From a virus, in the IMG/VR virus record IMGVR_UViG_3300037261_000012, positions 30,884-94,883 of that record: a stretch of DNA of 64,000 nucleotides; one strand, given 5' to 3'. A model generated the notes under the pieces. The model ran no database searches and was not told the origin of the DNA. It saw nothing but the letters and a program-made list of their open reading frames with translations. Below, one piece after another: positions 33,261 to 43,395 of this stretch (position 1 is the first letter of the stretch; every line of letters starts with the position of its first letter). A program made the translations under genes and the position numbers.

Positions 33261-35876
33261 GTGGACGTTCGTACTTTCCTGACTGTAGAAGCCAGTCTAA
33301 CGCACAGGCTGTTACGGGAATGGCATGCCATATCAAAACCTATATACAGCAAGATAGAGAAGGCTATAGAAGCAGAGGACTGGCATAAGGCAACACAGTT
33401 GGTGCATGGTCTGGACTTCACGGACATGGCCAATGCCAATAAGGGTTATATAGAGGGAATGCTGATGTCTTGTGCGGTGTATGGCGCGCACATGGCCAGT
33501 AAGAAAGGACCGTCATTCAATTCCAAACAGCACTGGGATAAGCATAAAGGGCAGTTCAATAATGCGGTTAATATGTTTATGCAGACCCTGGAGTTCAGAG
33601 GAAGTGCTCAAGTACAGGCACAGGCACTGCAATCAATTGCACTGGCAGAGAACGCAGCCAAACACAAGAAGCTACTTTCAGTACAGAAAGTAGGGGAACA
33701 CTCACTGTATGTGTGCCGACCGTTGCTGAATGCCTTGGAGTTTGGGTCTGAAATATACGAACCAATAGACACCGAGAAAGATAAGATTGAAAAGGGTGCT
33801 CCATATGGGAATATGAATTGGAAAGGAGGGTTGGGTCACACGCATACCAATAATGAAGTGCGGGCATCCGTTCAGAAATTAACTCTGCAAGGGATAGACA
33901 TATCTGAAGGCCAGATGTACGGCTACAAAGGTGTCGGATTGGAGGAAGATACTCCAATATCAAAGGCGGCAAGAAGCGCCACGGTATTACTGGCTGATAC
34001 CGTTGATGGTCTGCCGAAGACAGTGCAGAAAGCTATTGATGAAATTCACCCAACTTTTGCGTTAATAGATAGAAATGAAAGTAATAGTAATGGTGCGGCT
34101 TGGATTAATGACCAGACCTTTACTATAAATCTCCAGCATTTTGCTGATGGGTTGGAGGGGAAACCTCCAATGGAACAGCGGGTTCTGGATAAAATCAAGA
34201 ATGGGGACAACTTCAGTCTTTCTCAGGAAAGATGGGCTGGCTTCAAAGGTGACGGTATGCAAGAACGAACATTAGCTGCCACTAAAGATACTATAATCCA
34301 TGAATTAGGGCATCTTTTAACAAGTGAAGCCTCAATTTTGAGGGCGGAACAAGTGACAGGGCATATGCTGGAGTCTGAGGTGGCGAAGACCATATGCCCG
34401 CAAGCTAATAAGAACGTGCGGGAATTCCTGGCCGAATCATTCTTGAAATTCCATAGGGGGGATTATGTTAAGGGTAGCTTCTCATCAAAACCTGGATTAA
34501 CCAAGGAGTGGGAAGCTATGGTGGAGAATATGCCTGTACATAAGATGAAAGACCCATATGGTGAGGTAACCAGTAAAGTAGATGATGCAGAGGAAGCAAC
34601 ACCTGGGCCTGCATACAGATCAAAAGAATGGTTCAATCCTCCAACAGAATATGAGGACAAGCCAGATGCTAAGAAGGCTGATAGGTTCGTGCAACCCTTA
34701 ACCAGTTTCTCTGGTGATTTTGGACTAGCTGCTGAAGGAGGAGATGCCTTATTAGGAATGGCCAGTAGTCTGCACAGCAGTCGTCTGAGTACCTGGGGAT
34801 TCACCGCTGAAGCCGAAGCCCGTGGAATAGCCAGATACAGACTTACCGCTGTTCTTGACAATCGGACTAGCCCGTTCTGCCGTGATATAGCGGACGGGCG
34901 TGAATTTGAAGTGGAGATGGCTAGAAGTAAGATCGTGGAAGCACTTTCCGCTGATGACCCCCAAGATTTAAGGGAGATACAACCATGGCCAGAGCAAGGT
35001 GCTGAAGCAATAGCCAATTATAAGGAGATGGATGACGCTGCCCTTGAGCAGTTAGGATTTGGTATACCGCCATTCCACCCTTGGTGCAGAACAATGTGTA
35101 CCCTTCTTCCTGGAGATGGGGGAGAGGAAATAAGTACTGGGCCAACTGAGGTGGATAACCCGGTGATTCCGCGTGGAGAAACCTCACCAGAAGACATGGC
35201 TTCTGCTGGTCAGGACATGACAGAAGAAGAATTGCAACAGTGGAATGACCAGATTGACTCCGATCCCAAAGCAGCTTTGGCAGCCATGATGGGGGTTGAG
35301 TTAAAGGACGTGCTTTCAAGCAATATTACTGTTGAGACTGACGGTACTTTTGGTTTCTCTGGAGAAATTGAGGTGGGAGGAGCAGTGGTAGATGTTGAGA
35401 GCGCAATTGATCCAGTTACAGGAAAGATATTCCTAGATAGGTTAGATATACCAGAAGGAGATGTTGCGGCCCAAGCACAATATGTGTCTGATCTACTTGG
35501 TGGTATGGTTGATCAAGGTATGTCCATAGCTTCTAACGCTATAGTACTTGATTCTGGAAAAGCAGGGTATGACTATGCCAAGATGGGATTTACCCCACAA
35601 GCAAGTGAGTGGCAAGCATTACGACTACAATTAACTGATGATTTGGAGACAGGAGCACTAAAACCTGTGTTTGAATCATTAAGGGATGATGAGAAATCTG
35701 TTGTATTGGGCATCCTAAAAAGTGAGGATGAACTTGGAGCAGTCGCCTTGGCTGATCTGCCTATGGAATATGAGGGCAAACCAATAGGTGAAATACTCCT
35801 TGAGAAAGCAGAGGGGTCGTTCTATCTTGATCTTACCAATCCAGAGTTGGTTGATCGCGCAAAGCAATACCTATGA
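33261..35876 (+). CDS. MuF/SPP1 gp7-like minor head protein with cargo domains
   Basis: AVLD.RTS.FC...PPFHPWCRT; internal HELGH...EFLAESF zincin. Confidence 0.85.
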   Translation: MDVRTFLTVEASLTHRLLREWHAISKPIYSKIEKAIEAEDWHKATQLVHGLDFTDMANANKGYIEGMLMSCAVYGAHMASKKGPSFNSKQHWDKHKGQFNNAVNMFMQTLEFRGSAQVQAQALQSIALAENAAKHKKLLSVQKVGEHSLYVCRPLLNALEFGSEIYEPIDTEKDKIEKGAPYGNMNWKGGLGHTHTNNEVRASVQKLTLQGIDISEGQMYGYKGVGLEEDTPISKAARSATVLLADTVDGLPKTVQKAIDEIHPTFALIDRNESNSNGAAWINDQTFTINLQHFADGLEGKPPMEQRVLDKIKNGDNFSLSQERWAGFKGDGMQERTLAATKDTIIHELGHLLTSEASILRAEQVTGHMLESEVAKTICPQANKNVREFLAESFLKFHRGDYVKGSFSSKPGLTKEWEAMVENMPVHKMKDPYGEVTSKVDDAEEATPGPAYRSKEWFNPPTEYEDKPDAKKADRFVQPLTSFSGDFGLAAEGGDALLGMASSLHSSRLSTWGFTAEAEARGIARYRLTAVLDNRTSPFCRDIADGREFEVEMARSKIVEALSADDPQDLREIQPWPEQGAEAIANYKEMDDAALEQLGFGIPPFHPWCRTMCTLLPGDGGEEISTGPTEVDNPVIPRGETSPEDMASAGQDMTEEELQQWNDQIDSDPKAALAAMMGVELKDVLSSNITVETDGTFGFSGEIEVGGAVVDVESAIDPVTGKIFLDRLDIPEGDVAAQAQYVSDLLGGMVDQGMSIASNAIVLDSGKAGYDYAKMGFTPQASEWQALRLQLTDDLETGALKPVFESLRDDEKSVVLGILKSEDELGAVALADLPMEYEGKPIGEILLEKAEGSFYLDLTNPELVDRAKQYL

Positions 35877-36043
35877 GACCAATAAAAGTCATCGGGAATC
35901 CACACATGACCAAGGCACTTTTGCAGTTGGTTGCAGGGAAAGCCGTTGACCACAAAATCACGTTGAAACCTAGCTACGATTTCCTGATCAAGCTGGGCAT
36001 GACTAAAGAGAAGGCTGCAAAAGCTTTGGGGCTGCATCGGTAG
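35873..36043 (+). CDS. small hypothetical protein (56 aa)
   Basis: ATGA overlap with the MuF gene. Confidence 0.55.
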   Translation: MRPIKVIGNPHMTKALLQLVAGKAVDHKITLKPSYDFLIKLGMTKEKAAKALGLHR

Positions 36044-36061
36044 TACATCCTGTAGTAACAT
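36033..36061 (+). promoter_or_regulatory. class II (GGTAG) promoter
   Basis: TGCATC-GGTAG-12-TAACAT; palindrome at 36072. Confidence 0.55.
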
Positions 36062-36097
36062 AGGCCATCACTGCAATCAATTGCAGTTGGAGGAAAC

Positions 36098-36685
36098 ATG
36101 GCCTTAGTAATTAAGTCAGACACACCAGAACTCCACTTAGTATTCGGAGAAGTGTATAGCCCTGATCGTCCAGATTCACAAGGTGAGTTCATGCGGGCAG
36201 ATGAAATCCGCAAGATGGCGCATGACTTTTCCCGCCGCCTGATGCAAAAAAGTATCGACAATATGCATGACAACAAGGTTGATGAAGACCTTAATCACTG
36301 CATAGTTGAGACCTTCATTGCCCGCAAGGGAGACCCGGATTTCATTGAAGGCTCTTGGGTAATAGGTATGCATATTCCAGATGAAGGAACCTGGGAAAAG
36401 ATAAAGAAAGGTGAAATCAATGGCTTCAGTATGGAAGCTATGGTTGTGCGCCATGATTTCACGGGGGAAGCAGATGTGCCTGAATCCATTACTGGGGTGA
36501 CTAGCAAATCAGAAGACCACACCCATACGTTCAATGTTAAGTATGACAAGATGGGTATATTCCAAGGCGGACAAACAAGCGTGGATCAAGGTCATAGCCA
36601 TGAAATAGTGGCAGGAACACACACTGAAATTGCAAATGCCCATAGCCACAGATTCTCCTCAGTTGATAGTTTAAGCGTCCTTTAG
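36098..36685 (+). CDS. XkdF-like prohead serine protease
   Basis: LVFGEVY.PD..DSQGEFM...I.K.AH.F, D.MH, VE.FI, GSWV, W..IK.GEINGFSME. Confidence 0.92.
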   Translation: MALVIKSDTPELHLVFGEVYSPDRPDSQGEFMRADEIRKMAHDFSRRLMQKSIDNMHDNKVDEDLNHCIVETFIARKGDPDFIEGSWVIGMHIPDEGTWEKIKKGEINGFSMEAMVVRHDFTGEADVPESITGVTSKSEDHTHTFNVKYDKMGIFQGGQTSVDQGHSHEIVAGTHTEIANAHSHRFSSVDSLSVL

Positions 36686-36687
36686 CA

Positions 36688-36716
36688 TTGTTAGGTAGAG
36701 GGTGATAGCGTACACT
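36688..36716 (+). promoter_or_regulatory. class II (GGTAG) promoter
   Basis: TTGTTA-GGTAG-12-TACACT. Confidence 0.65.
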
Positions 36717-36740
36717 TGGTTCTACAGATTGAGGTCAATA

Positions 36741-37787
36741 ATGGCTAGAACCAAGGTAAAGCTGAAAGAGCTTCGAGATGCCGAGATTCGGTTCGTTTCA
36801 CTCGTTGATCGGGCGGCTAGCCGCATTCCATTTAGAGTGGTAAAACGAGATCAGGAGTCAGACATGATTGACCTTACAAAGCCGGGGCTGGTAATGCGAG
36901 TCCTGAAATCCGCAGGAATTGTGAAAACAGGGGAAACTAACATGGACAACGCACAGAAAGCCGGAGCAGGGGTTATCAGCATCGAATCTCTAATGAGTAA
37001 AGCACCTAGTGGTTACAAAGGAGGGGATGATGCGTGGAACATGCTTTCCACTGCCGACAAGATGGCGTGGACGCAAGCCTGGTGGAACGGCTCAAGCAAC
37101 ATTCCAAAAGTAGCTGCCGATCCGGCTGCTGCTGTTCCAGCCGTCGCCACCCTAACAAAGCCTGCATCTGTTGATCAAGCTGCCTGGGATGCGATGACTC
37201 CAGCACAACAAGCTACCGCTGTGGAAGATGCCGCAGATGGGGGTGCTGATGACGCTACTGAAGTGGCAAAAGCAGAACTTACCATCAAAGTTCCTATGTC
37301 CGATGCGGAGAAAGCGCACTTCAAGGATAAATGTGCAGCTAAAGACAAACTGGACTTCATAAAGGGCGATTCTGCTGCGCGGGCCAAAATGATGGGCGGG
37401 TCTGATACAGCAGCCAAAGAAGAAGCAGAAAAGGCACTTGCAGCCAAAACTGAGGCTGATGCCTTGAAAGCTACACTGACTGCCATCAGCACAACTCTGG
37501 AAGCTCTGACCAAGAGCACTCAAGAGAACGGCACTCAATTGCAGGCGCTGGCTACCAAGGTGGAAACTTCTAATACCGAAACTGCCAAGCGTATTGACGA
37601 AATCGCTCGGAAGTCTGATACTGCACTGACTGCGGTAAATTCCGTCGTAACTGGTGGGAAACCCGCAGGTGACGATCCTGCTGGTAAAGAGGTGGCGGTG
37701 AAAGAAGACACCGACCCACGTACAGGTAGTTTCGACACCGCGTACATCCGAATTGCTCAGAAGCGTGAGAAACGGACGGCAAGGTAG
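36741..37787 (+). CDS. head scaffolding protein
   Basis: L.D..I.FVSLVDRAA..PF..VK N-terminus, Ala/Lys coiled coil, position before the major capsid gene. Confidence 0.75.
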   Translation: MARTKVKLKELRDAEIRFVSLVDRAASRIPFRVVKRDQESDMIDLTKPGLVMRVLKSAGIVKTGETNMDNAQKAGAGVISIESLMSKAPSGYKGGDDAWNMLSTADKMAWTQAWWNGSSNIPKVAADPAAAVPAVATLTKPASVDQAAWDAMTPAQQATAVEDAADGGADDATEVAKAELTIKVPMSDAEKAHFKDKCAAKDKLDFIKGDSAARAKMMGGSDTAAKEEAEKALAAKTEADALKATLTAISTTLEALTKSTQENGTQLQALATKVETSNTETAKRIDEIARKSDTALTAVNSVVTGGKPAGDDPAGKEVAVKEDTDPRTGSFDTAYIRIAQKREKRTAR

Positions 37788-37825
37788 TAAGTAAAGCAAT
37801 CCCCTTAATTTAACTGGAGAAAGAA

Positions 37826-38812
37826 ATGGACAACAAAGAAATCATTGCCAAGGCGGATATTGCTCTTGCTGACCTTGCAACTGCTGGTAGGCTCAATCCT
37901 GAGCAAACAGACCAGTTCATTCGTACACTGATTGACCAACCGACGATCCTGACGGTTTGCCGCACAGTAGCGATGAACAGCTACCAAATGAAAATCAACA
38001 AGCTGGGATTTGGTTCACGGATTCTTCGTCCGGGTGCTAACAAGCAAGGGGTGTCAACCAATTCCAACCAGTCAGATGGTACAGGTGAAGGACAAGCCAT
38101 GCCAGCTTCACAACGTACCAAGCCTGATCTGGGTCAGGTTGTGCTGACTACATCTGAAGTGATTGCTGAAATCCGCATCCCTTACGATGTTATCGAAGAC
38201 AACGTGGAGCGCGGTAATGTGTCAGGTGCTCTGCAAACAGGAGCAGGTGGAATTCACCAAACCCTGGTTGATCTGATCGCTGAAAGAGCGGCGCTTGACC
38301 TGGAAGAACTAGCCATCAATGGTGACTCAGCCTCGTCAGATACATACCTGGCCCTGAATGATGGTTACCTGAAACTAGCGACAGCGAACGTCGTGAACGT
38401 AGGTGGGGCATTCGACAAGAATGCAGGAAAAGCTGCGTTGAAGACCATGCCTACCCGTTATCTGCGTAATCGTTCGGCTCTCCAGCACTTTGTGTCGGTG
38501 GATAATGAAACTGAAATCCGCGACCAGTATGGCGCACGCCAAACTGCTCTGGGTGACCAACAAATACAAGGTGTTCTGCCAGTGTATCTGTTCGGCTCCA
38601 AGGTCGCTCCGGTTGCTCTGATGCCTGGTGACAAAGGTCTGTTGTGTGATCCAATGAACCTGATCTTTGGTGTTCAGCGGAACATACAAATTGAGTATAC
38701 GAAGGACATCAGTGCTCGCGTGTTTATCGTTGTTTTAACAGCGAGAGTTGCGTTTTCGATTGAAGAAATCAACGCGATGGTGAAATATTCGGGTCTCACC
38801 GGAAGTCGTTAA
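37826..38812 (+). CDS. major capsid protein (HK97 fold)
   Basis: G.LNPEQ..FI, I.YD.IEDN.E, DLEEL.INGD, DG.LK. Confidence 0.92.
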   Translation: MDNKEIIAKADIALADLATAGRLNPEQTDQFIRTLIDQPTILTVCRTVAMNSYQMKINKLGFGSRILRPGANKQGVSTNSNQSDGTGEGQAMPASQRTKPDLGQVVLTTSEVIAEIRIPYDVIEDNVERGNVSGALQTGAGGIHQTLVDLIAERAALDLEELAINGDSASSDTYLALNDGYLKLATANVVNVGGAFDKNAGKAALKTMPTRYLRNRSALQHFVSVDNETEIRDQYGARQTALGDQQIQGVLPVYLFGSKVAPVALMPGDKGLLCDPMNLIFGVQRNIQIEYTKDISARVFIVVLTARVAFSIEEINAMVKYSGLTGSR

Positions 38813-38831
38813 GAACTGACGTAAGATCAGT

Positions 38832-38862
38832 AAAGAAGGGGCCTTCGGGCCTCTTTCTTTTT
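38832..38862 (+). terminator. intrinsic terminator after the major capsid gene
   Basis: AAAGAAGGGGCC-TTCG-GGCCTCTTTCTTTTT. Confidence 0.9.
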
Positions 38863-38891
38863 GTGGGTCTGAACACTGCAATCAATTGCAG

Positions 38892-38920
38892 TTGATTTCT
38901 CCCACAGCGAGGTGTACCAT
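38892..38920 (+). promoter_or_regulatory. putative promoter abutting a palindrome
   Basis: TTGATT-17-TACCAT; palindrome at 38877-38890 directly upstream of -35. Confidence 0.55.
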
Positions 38921-38956
38921 GCGTAGGTAGTTCACATTAACCTGAGGAGTGAAACC

Positions 38957-39355
38957 ATGGTAGTCACCGTTGAAAAACCAGCTATAGCTCCAGTACAAGA
39001 ATATATCATTCTGGAACTGGCATATTACAAGCGTTACACCAGGGGAGTTACCGGAACACCTTATGAAGCGGATAAGGCTTATAGGTTCAAAGCCGAACAG
39101 GCAGCCATCCTGCTGGAAGAAGTCGAAGAACCATCAGGTCGTCCAATATGGCGTAGGTATAAACCAAAAACTAACCCACAACGTATAAAAGTACCAGAGG
39201 GACATAAGCAGACTATGGATGCTGCCAGTGATATTATTAAGCCTTTGGAATCCCCTGATACTGCTATTACTAAAGGAATTCAAATTGGTAGCGATGATGA
39301 AATCAAGGAAATACTTGGTTCTGCTGAGGAAGGTGTAGCAATAGACGTAGCTTAA
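38957..39355 (+). CDS. hypothetical head-region protein
   Basis: GAGGAG RBS. Confidence 0.75.
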   Translation: MVVTVEKPAIAPVQEYIILELAYYKRYTRGVTGTPYEADKAYRFKAEQAAILLEEVEEPSGRPIWRRYKPKTNPQRIKVPEGHKQTMDAASDIIKPLESPDTAITKGIQIGSDDEIKEILGSAEEGVAIDVA

Positions 39356-39358
39356 TAA

Positions 39359-39387
39359 TTGCTCGGTAGTGGGTCAGGCAGTACACT
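39359..39387 (+). promoter_or_regulatory. class II (GGTAG) promoter
   Basis: TTGCTC-GGTAG-12-TACACT. Confidence 0.65.
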
Positions 39388-39444
39388 GAGGCACTGCTCA
39401 GTTAAGGGTAGCAGATTTAACTTTTAATCACCTGGAGAAATATC

Positions 39445-40665
39445 ATGACTATGGAATCCCTGAACGGCCTCGGCAATGGTGGGGCACACCTTAATACCCG
39501 TCTTCCTCGTATTCTGGCTGAACTACAAGGGCTGCAAGTAAGCCTGGTGGCTGGTGCAAGCACTGGTGCAGCAATGGTGGATGCCAAAGGCCCTCTGTTT
39601 GGGGTTGACACCGTGCTCGCGGCTTGGAAACAACAACCAGATGGTTTTGGTGCATTTTCCGATGAAACAGCAACACACCTGATCATTGACACCTTCCCTT
39701 CTGGGACAATGGCTGTTGGCGCATCAATTGCTGATGCGAATTCATGTGTGATCAATGGCAAGACCTACACTGCCAAGACTGTAACCCCAACACAGACAGA
39801 CCGTGGACTGGTAGCTCTACAGTTCTACACCGGCCTGCAAACTGGTGAAGCAGCCAATGGTGCGGTACTGACCAAAGCGCAATTGCTTGCAGCGAGCATG
39901 TCCAATGCCGATGCCGACACTGTACTGACTTTAGCTAACAAGGAAGAATACATCGCTGCCTGGTCACTAGCCAATGCAATCAATGCTGCTGACAGCAACG
40001 TGACGGCGAGTGCTACTCTGACCTCCGGCACGGTAACTATTCGTGGTAAGGTGGAAGAAGCCACTTTGGTAGCTGGTGGTGGTGGAATGACCAGTGGAAC
40101 AAACCTTACCCGTGGTGCGGCCACCATTACTGGTGGTGCTGTTGGAGTACCAAAAGGTACGATTACTGCGGCGGTGTCAGTTGCAGGTAACACCATCGTA
40201 GTTGGTGGGACTACCTACACGGCGGTTGCTCCTACCACTGTGTCTCCTGGGCTTGGTAAGTATGCAGCCCTTGCAGCCGCAGACATCACAGTTGGTTCTC
40301 CATGTAACGCACGCGCCCGCCTGATGGAAACCGGCCTGCTGATGGGTGCCGCTGATGCTATCATCTCTGTTGCTGATGCTGCTCACGCCAACAACGCTAC
40401 TGCCTACCTGATCGCCTACGCAATCAACGCCGACGAAAGTGCGGCAGTGACTGCTTCAGCAGCGGCTGCTGTGGTTACACTGGTGCAGAAAGATACTGGT
40501 GCGGCAGCGGCGGTTCTTACCTCAAGTGATGGCGCAACACTGGCTGTTTCTGGTGGTGGGACACTGACAGCGGCAGCAAGAGGTTGGAAGAACAGCGCCA
40601 GTGAAGCATCACACTTTATGACGGTTTTCTGGTTCCGTAAATCTCGCGCACTGGGACAGTGGTAA
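39445..40665 (+). CDS. Ala/Thr/Gly-rich virion protein (possible head decoration protein)
   Basis: Two internal repeats (G.TYTA ... LA.AINA...VTASA...VT); position. Confidence 0.65.
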   Translation: MTMESLNGLGNGGAHLNTRLPRILAELQGLQVSLVAGASTGAAMVDAKGPLFGVDTVLAAWKQQPDGFGAFSDETATHLIIDTFPSGTMAVGASIADANSCVINGKTYTAKTVTPTQTDRGLVALQFYTGLQTGEAANGAVLTKAQLLAASMSNADADTVLTLANKEEYIAAWSLANAINAADSNVTASATLTSGTVTIRGKVEEATLVAGGGGMTSGTNLTRGAATITGGAVGVPKGTITAAVSVAGNTIVVGGTTYTAVAPTTVSPGLGKYAALAAADITVGSPCNARARLMETGLLMGAADAIISVADAAHANNATAYLIAYAINADESAAVTASAAAAVVTLVQKDTGAAAAVLTSSDGATLAVSGGGTLTAAARGWKNSASEASHFMTVFWFRKSRALGQW

Positions 40666-40676
40666 GCAGGTAGGAA

Positions 40677-41285
40677 ATGGCTGGGACTAACCTTATTGTG
40701 GGGGTGGAGGCTGTACGTGAACGTATGAGCCTCCAGAACCTGGATGAAATCAATTCAATCATCAGTTCCGGCCTGACTTCCGCGCAGGTCTTTTTTGAGT
40801 CTATTCTAGGTTCACCATTTAGTGTAGTAACCTCCCAGACGGATGTGTTTTTGATTGACCCCACTATGTTTTCAGCTTATGGTGGGGTTTTTCGTTTGCG
40901 CCTGAAACGCATGTTTATATTGCCTGGAAGCATCACCGTATATTATGCAAATACCATGCAAGGGGCGTTACTAGCTGAGGCTCAGGTAGTACCAGCTACT
41001 GATTACGTGGTTGATTATGAAAGAGGGATCATCTATCTGAATGAGTCCTATGAAAAGAATTATGTGCGAGTTGGGTTCTCAGCGGGATTTGGTGTAGATA
41101 ACCCGGCCCCTGAGTGGTTGGTGGAGGCAGTGTTGACCTACATGCCTGCGGTGGTGATAAACCAAGCTGGTAGTAATTCAGATCAAAAACAAGCGATTAC
41201 CTCCTTAGATATTAAGAAGATGGCAGCATCCATGGTGGATGGTAAGAACAGGATCAACTATCCACAGTTCAGACCAGTATTCTAA
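40677..41285 (+). CDS. head-tail adaptor
   Basis: DY.VD.E.G.I, V.V.F.AGF, P.WL.EA. Confidence 0.7.
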   Translation: MAGTNLIVGVEAVRERMSLQNLDEINSIISSGLTSAQVFFESILGSPFSVVTSQTDVFLIDPTMFSAYGGVFRLRLKRMFILPGSITVYYANTMQGALLAEAQVVPATDYVVDYERGIIYLNESYEKNYVRVGFSAGFGVDNPAPEWLVEAVLTYMPAVVINQAGSNSDQKQAITSLDIKKMAASMVDGKNRINYPQFRPVF

Positions 41286-41716
41286 TGATATCCTTATCAG
41301 TTGACGCCTCGCAGTTTGCGGCTGTAACAGCAGTTCTGGAAAAGCATAAACAAATACCGGTAGAGCACATTCTAGATGAGGCAGGTGCGGCTCTATTGAA
41401 TAGAAATAGAGAGAGGTTCCTAGCAAAGAAAAATCCAGACAATGTGCCGTGGATTCCTTCTGATGCCGGTATGTTGAGGGAAATGGCGGGTGGGCCTGGA
41501 ACGTTGTTTGACACAGGGAAGTTGTTTGACAGCATACAACTGCACTCAGATGGGCCTAATGATAGGTCTATTAGTAGTGCGGTAGATTATGATAAGTATC
41601 TAGTTAGCTCACCTAAACCAGACAAGAGATGGCCATTCCTTGGGTTCAATGATAATGATTCTATGATATTCAAAGACATTGTGGTAAGACGTGTCAACGA
41701 GGCACTTCAGGACTAG
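41285..41716 (+). CDS. neck/tail-completion protein (phage virion morphogenesis family)
   Basis: RF....PD..PW.P, TL.DTG.L..SI, PFLG. Confidence 0.8.
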   Translation: MISLSVDASQFAAVTAVLEKHKQIPVEHILDEAGAALLNRNRERFLAKKNPDNVPWIPSDAGMLREMAGGPGTLFDTGKLFDSIQLHSDGPNDRSISSAVDYDKYLVSSPKPDKRWPFLGFNDNDSMIFKDIVVRRVNEALQD

Positions 41717-41717
41717 A

Positions 41718-42161
41718 ATGGAACTCCTAGAAGCATCAGTTATTCAGTTAAAAACTATCCCTTCTATGGCTATAAGGGTGGCTCGCATTATGGAGCTTGA
41801 GGAAGCCTATAATTCAAAGGTTCCACCGGCTCCTTATGCTTATGTTTTGCTACTAGCCGAGACTCCAACCAAGAATGAGACTATCACTATAGTAGAGCAA
41901 AGAGTTTCGGTAGCATTAGGTGTGGTACTATGTATCAACAATAAGGTGACCCCCTTGGGGATAAAGAGCTTTGCTGAACAAAGTGACCTTCAAACAATCA
42001 GGGGGTTGATTAGAGCCAAGTTGTTGGGGTGGGCACCTGCTGATGCAGGCATGTATTATGGACCATTTGAGTTCGGAGGGGGTAGGCTGGTTCAAGTAAA
42101 AAATGATAAGCTGTGGTGGCAGGATCAGTACACCACAGAGTGTTTTGTCAGAAGCGTATAA
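41718..42161 (+). CDS. tail terminator-like protein
   Basis: P.AYV, L.GW.P, G.L......LWWQD.Y.T. Confidence 0.8.
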   Translation: MELLEASVIQLKTIPSMAIRVARIMELEEAYNSKVPPAPYAYVLLLAETPTKNETITIVEQRVSVALGVVLCINNKVTPLGIKSFAEQSDLQTIRGLIRAKLLGWAPADAGMYYGPFEFGGGRLVQVKNDKLWWQDQYTTECFVRSV

Positions 42162-42192
42162 GACTGCAATCAATTGCAAAGTTGGGGGTAAC

Positions 42193-42435
42193 ATGGCAAG
42201 AGCTAAGATGGATTGGAGAGGGCATGGTGGGTACTATGCCAAGAACCCAGCAGGGGATTTGATGCCCACAGATGCTGATGGGGAGTTTCTTCCTGTGGAC
42301 GCAGATGGGTATTTACTATCTCCAAACCCAACCCATTCACAATCTGGGCCAACACCTCCACTTTCTAGTTTTATTCCAATGGATGAGCCTGTTGTGGTTG
42401 CCTCTGCCATCAAACCTTTGGAAACTGAGGAGTAA
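42193..42435 (+). CDS. small hypothetical protein
   Basis: G.GG.Y motif; position before the tail tube genes. Confidence 0.65.
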   Translation: MARAKMDWRGHGGYYAKNPAGDLMPTDADGEFLPVDADGYLLSPNPTHSQSGPTPPLSSFIPMDEPVVVASAIKPLETEE

Positions 42436-42438
42436 GTC

Positions 42439-43377
42439 ATGGCCCTTTATACCAGAAAGACAGCACTGTTTGCTAAGATTGAGTCGGTAAGTGGTACACC
42501 AGAAACTCTGGTGGCGGCCAATACCTTGGTAATTCGAAATGTGACACTGACACCGTTGGATGCCACTATGGTTGATCGCTCTTTAATGCGTAACTACATG
42601 GGGAACTCCCCCCAGATAGCTGTTGATCAGAAAGTATCCTTGGATTTCGAAATTGAAATAGCTGGTGCTGGTGGTGCGGCAAACGCCATTCCAAAGTTTG
42701 GCCCTCTGTTGCTGGCTTGTGGTATGGTAGGAGCCGATCTTACTACTTCTTACGCTTACACGGTTATCAATTCAGGATTTCAAACCCTGTCTCTTGAAAC
42801 ATTCATAGACGGGGTTAAGCACGCAATGTACGGGGCTATGGGTGATGTGACTTGGGATTTTACCGTAAAACAAATCCCGGTTATGAAATTCAAGTTCCTG
42901 GGCAGGTATACAACACCCTCTGATGCTTCTGCTTATACCTACACCCCAACAGGTTGGACAGCCCCCCTTGGAGTGAACAACACTAATACGCCTACTTTTT
43001 CCCTGCATACTATTGCGCAATCTTCTGCGGCAGTGCAGGCACTTTCAATTTCTCTTGGGAACCAATTGGATTTTGAGTCCCTGATTGGAAATGAATTTGT
43101 GCAGATTGTGGACAGAAAAGCAAGTGGCAGTGTTACACTTTTGGCACATGCGGTTGCCACCAAAAACTGGTTCACCACGGCGCTGGCCATGACACAAGAT
43201 GCCTTGAACTTCGTTCATGGTACTGCTACTGGGAACAAGGTGCAGGTAGCTGCCCCAAATGCTCAAATCCTCAAACCAACATATGGGGATATGAATGGGT
43301 TGAGAACACTTCAGATGGGGTTGCAGTTTATCCCAACTTCTTCAACTGTGGGTGAACTTACGTTCAGCACCCTGTAA
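42439..43377 (+). CDS. tail tube protein, paralogue 1
   Basis: L.TRK....AKIE, DR.L.R.Y.G.S, FE.EIAG.G, P....LL.ACG, IP.MKF.F.G. Confidence 0.85.
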   Translation: MALYTRKTALFAKIESVSGTPETLVAANTLVIRNVTLTPLDATMVDRSLMRNYMGNSPQIAVDQKVSLDFEIEIAGAGGAANAIPKFGPLLLACGMVGADLTTSYAYTVINSGFQTLSLETFIDGVKHAMYGAMGDVTWDFTVKQIPVMKFKFLGRYTTPSDASAYTYTPTGWTAPLGVNNTNTPTFSLHTIAQSSAAVQALSISLGNQLDFESLIGNEFVQIVDRKASGSVTLLAHAVATKNWFTTALAMTQDALNFVHGTATGNKVQVAAPNAQILKPTYGDMNGLRTLQMGLQFIPTSSTVGELTFSTL

Positions 43378-43395
43378 TTTTTCGAGGAGATTGTC

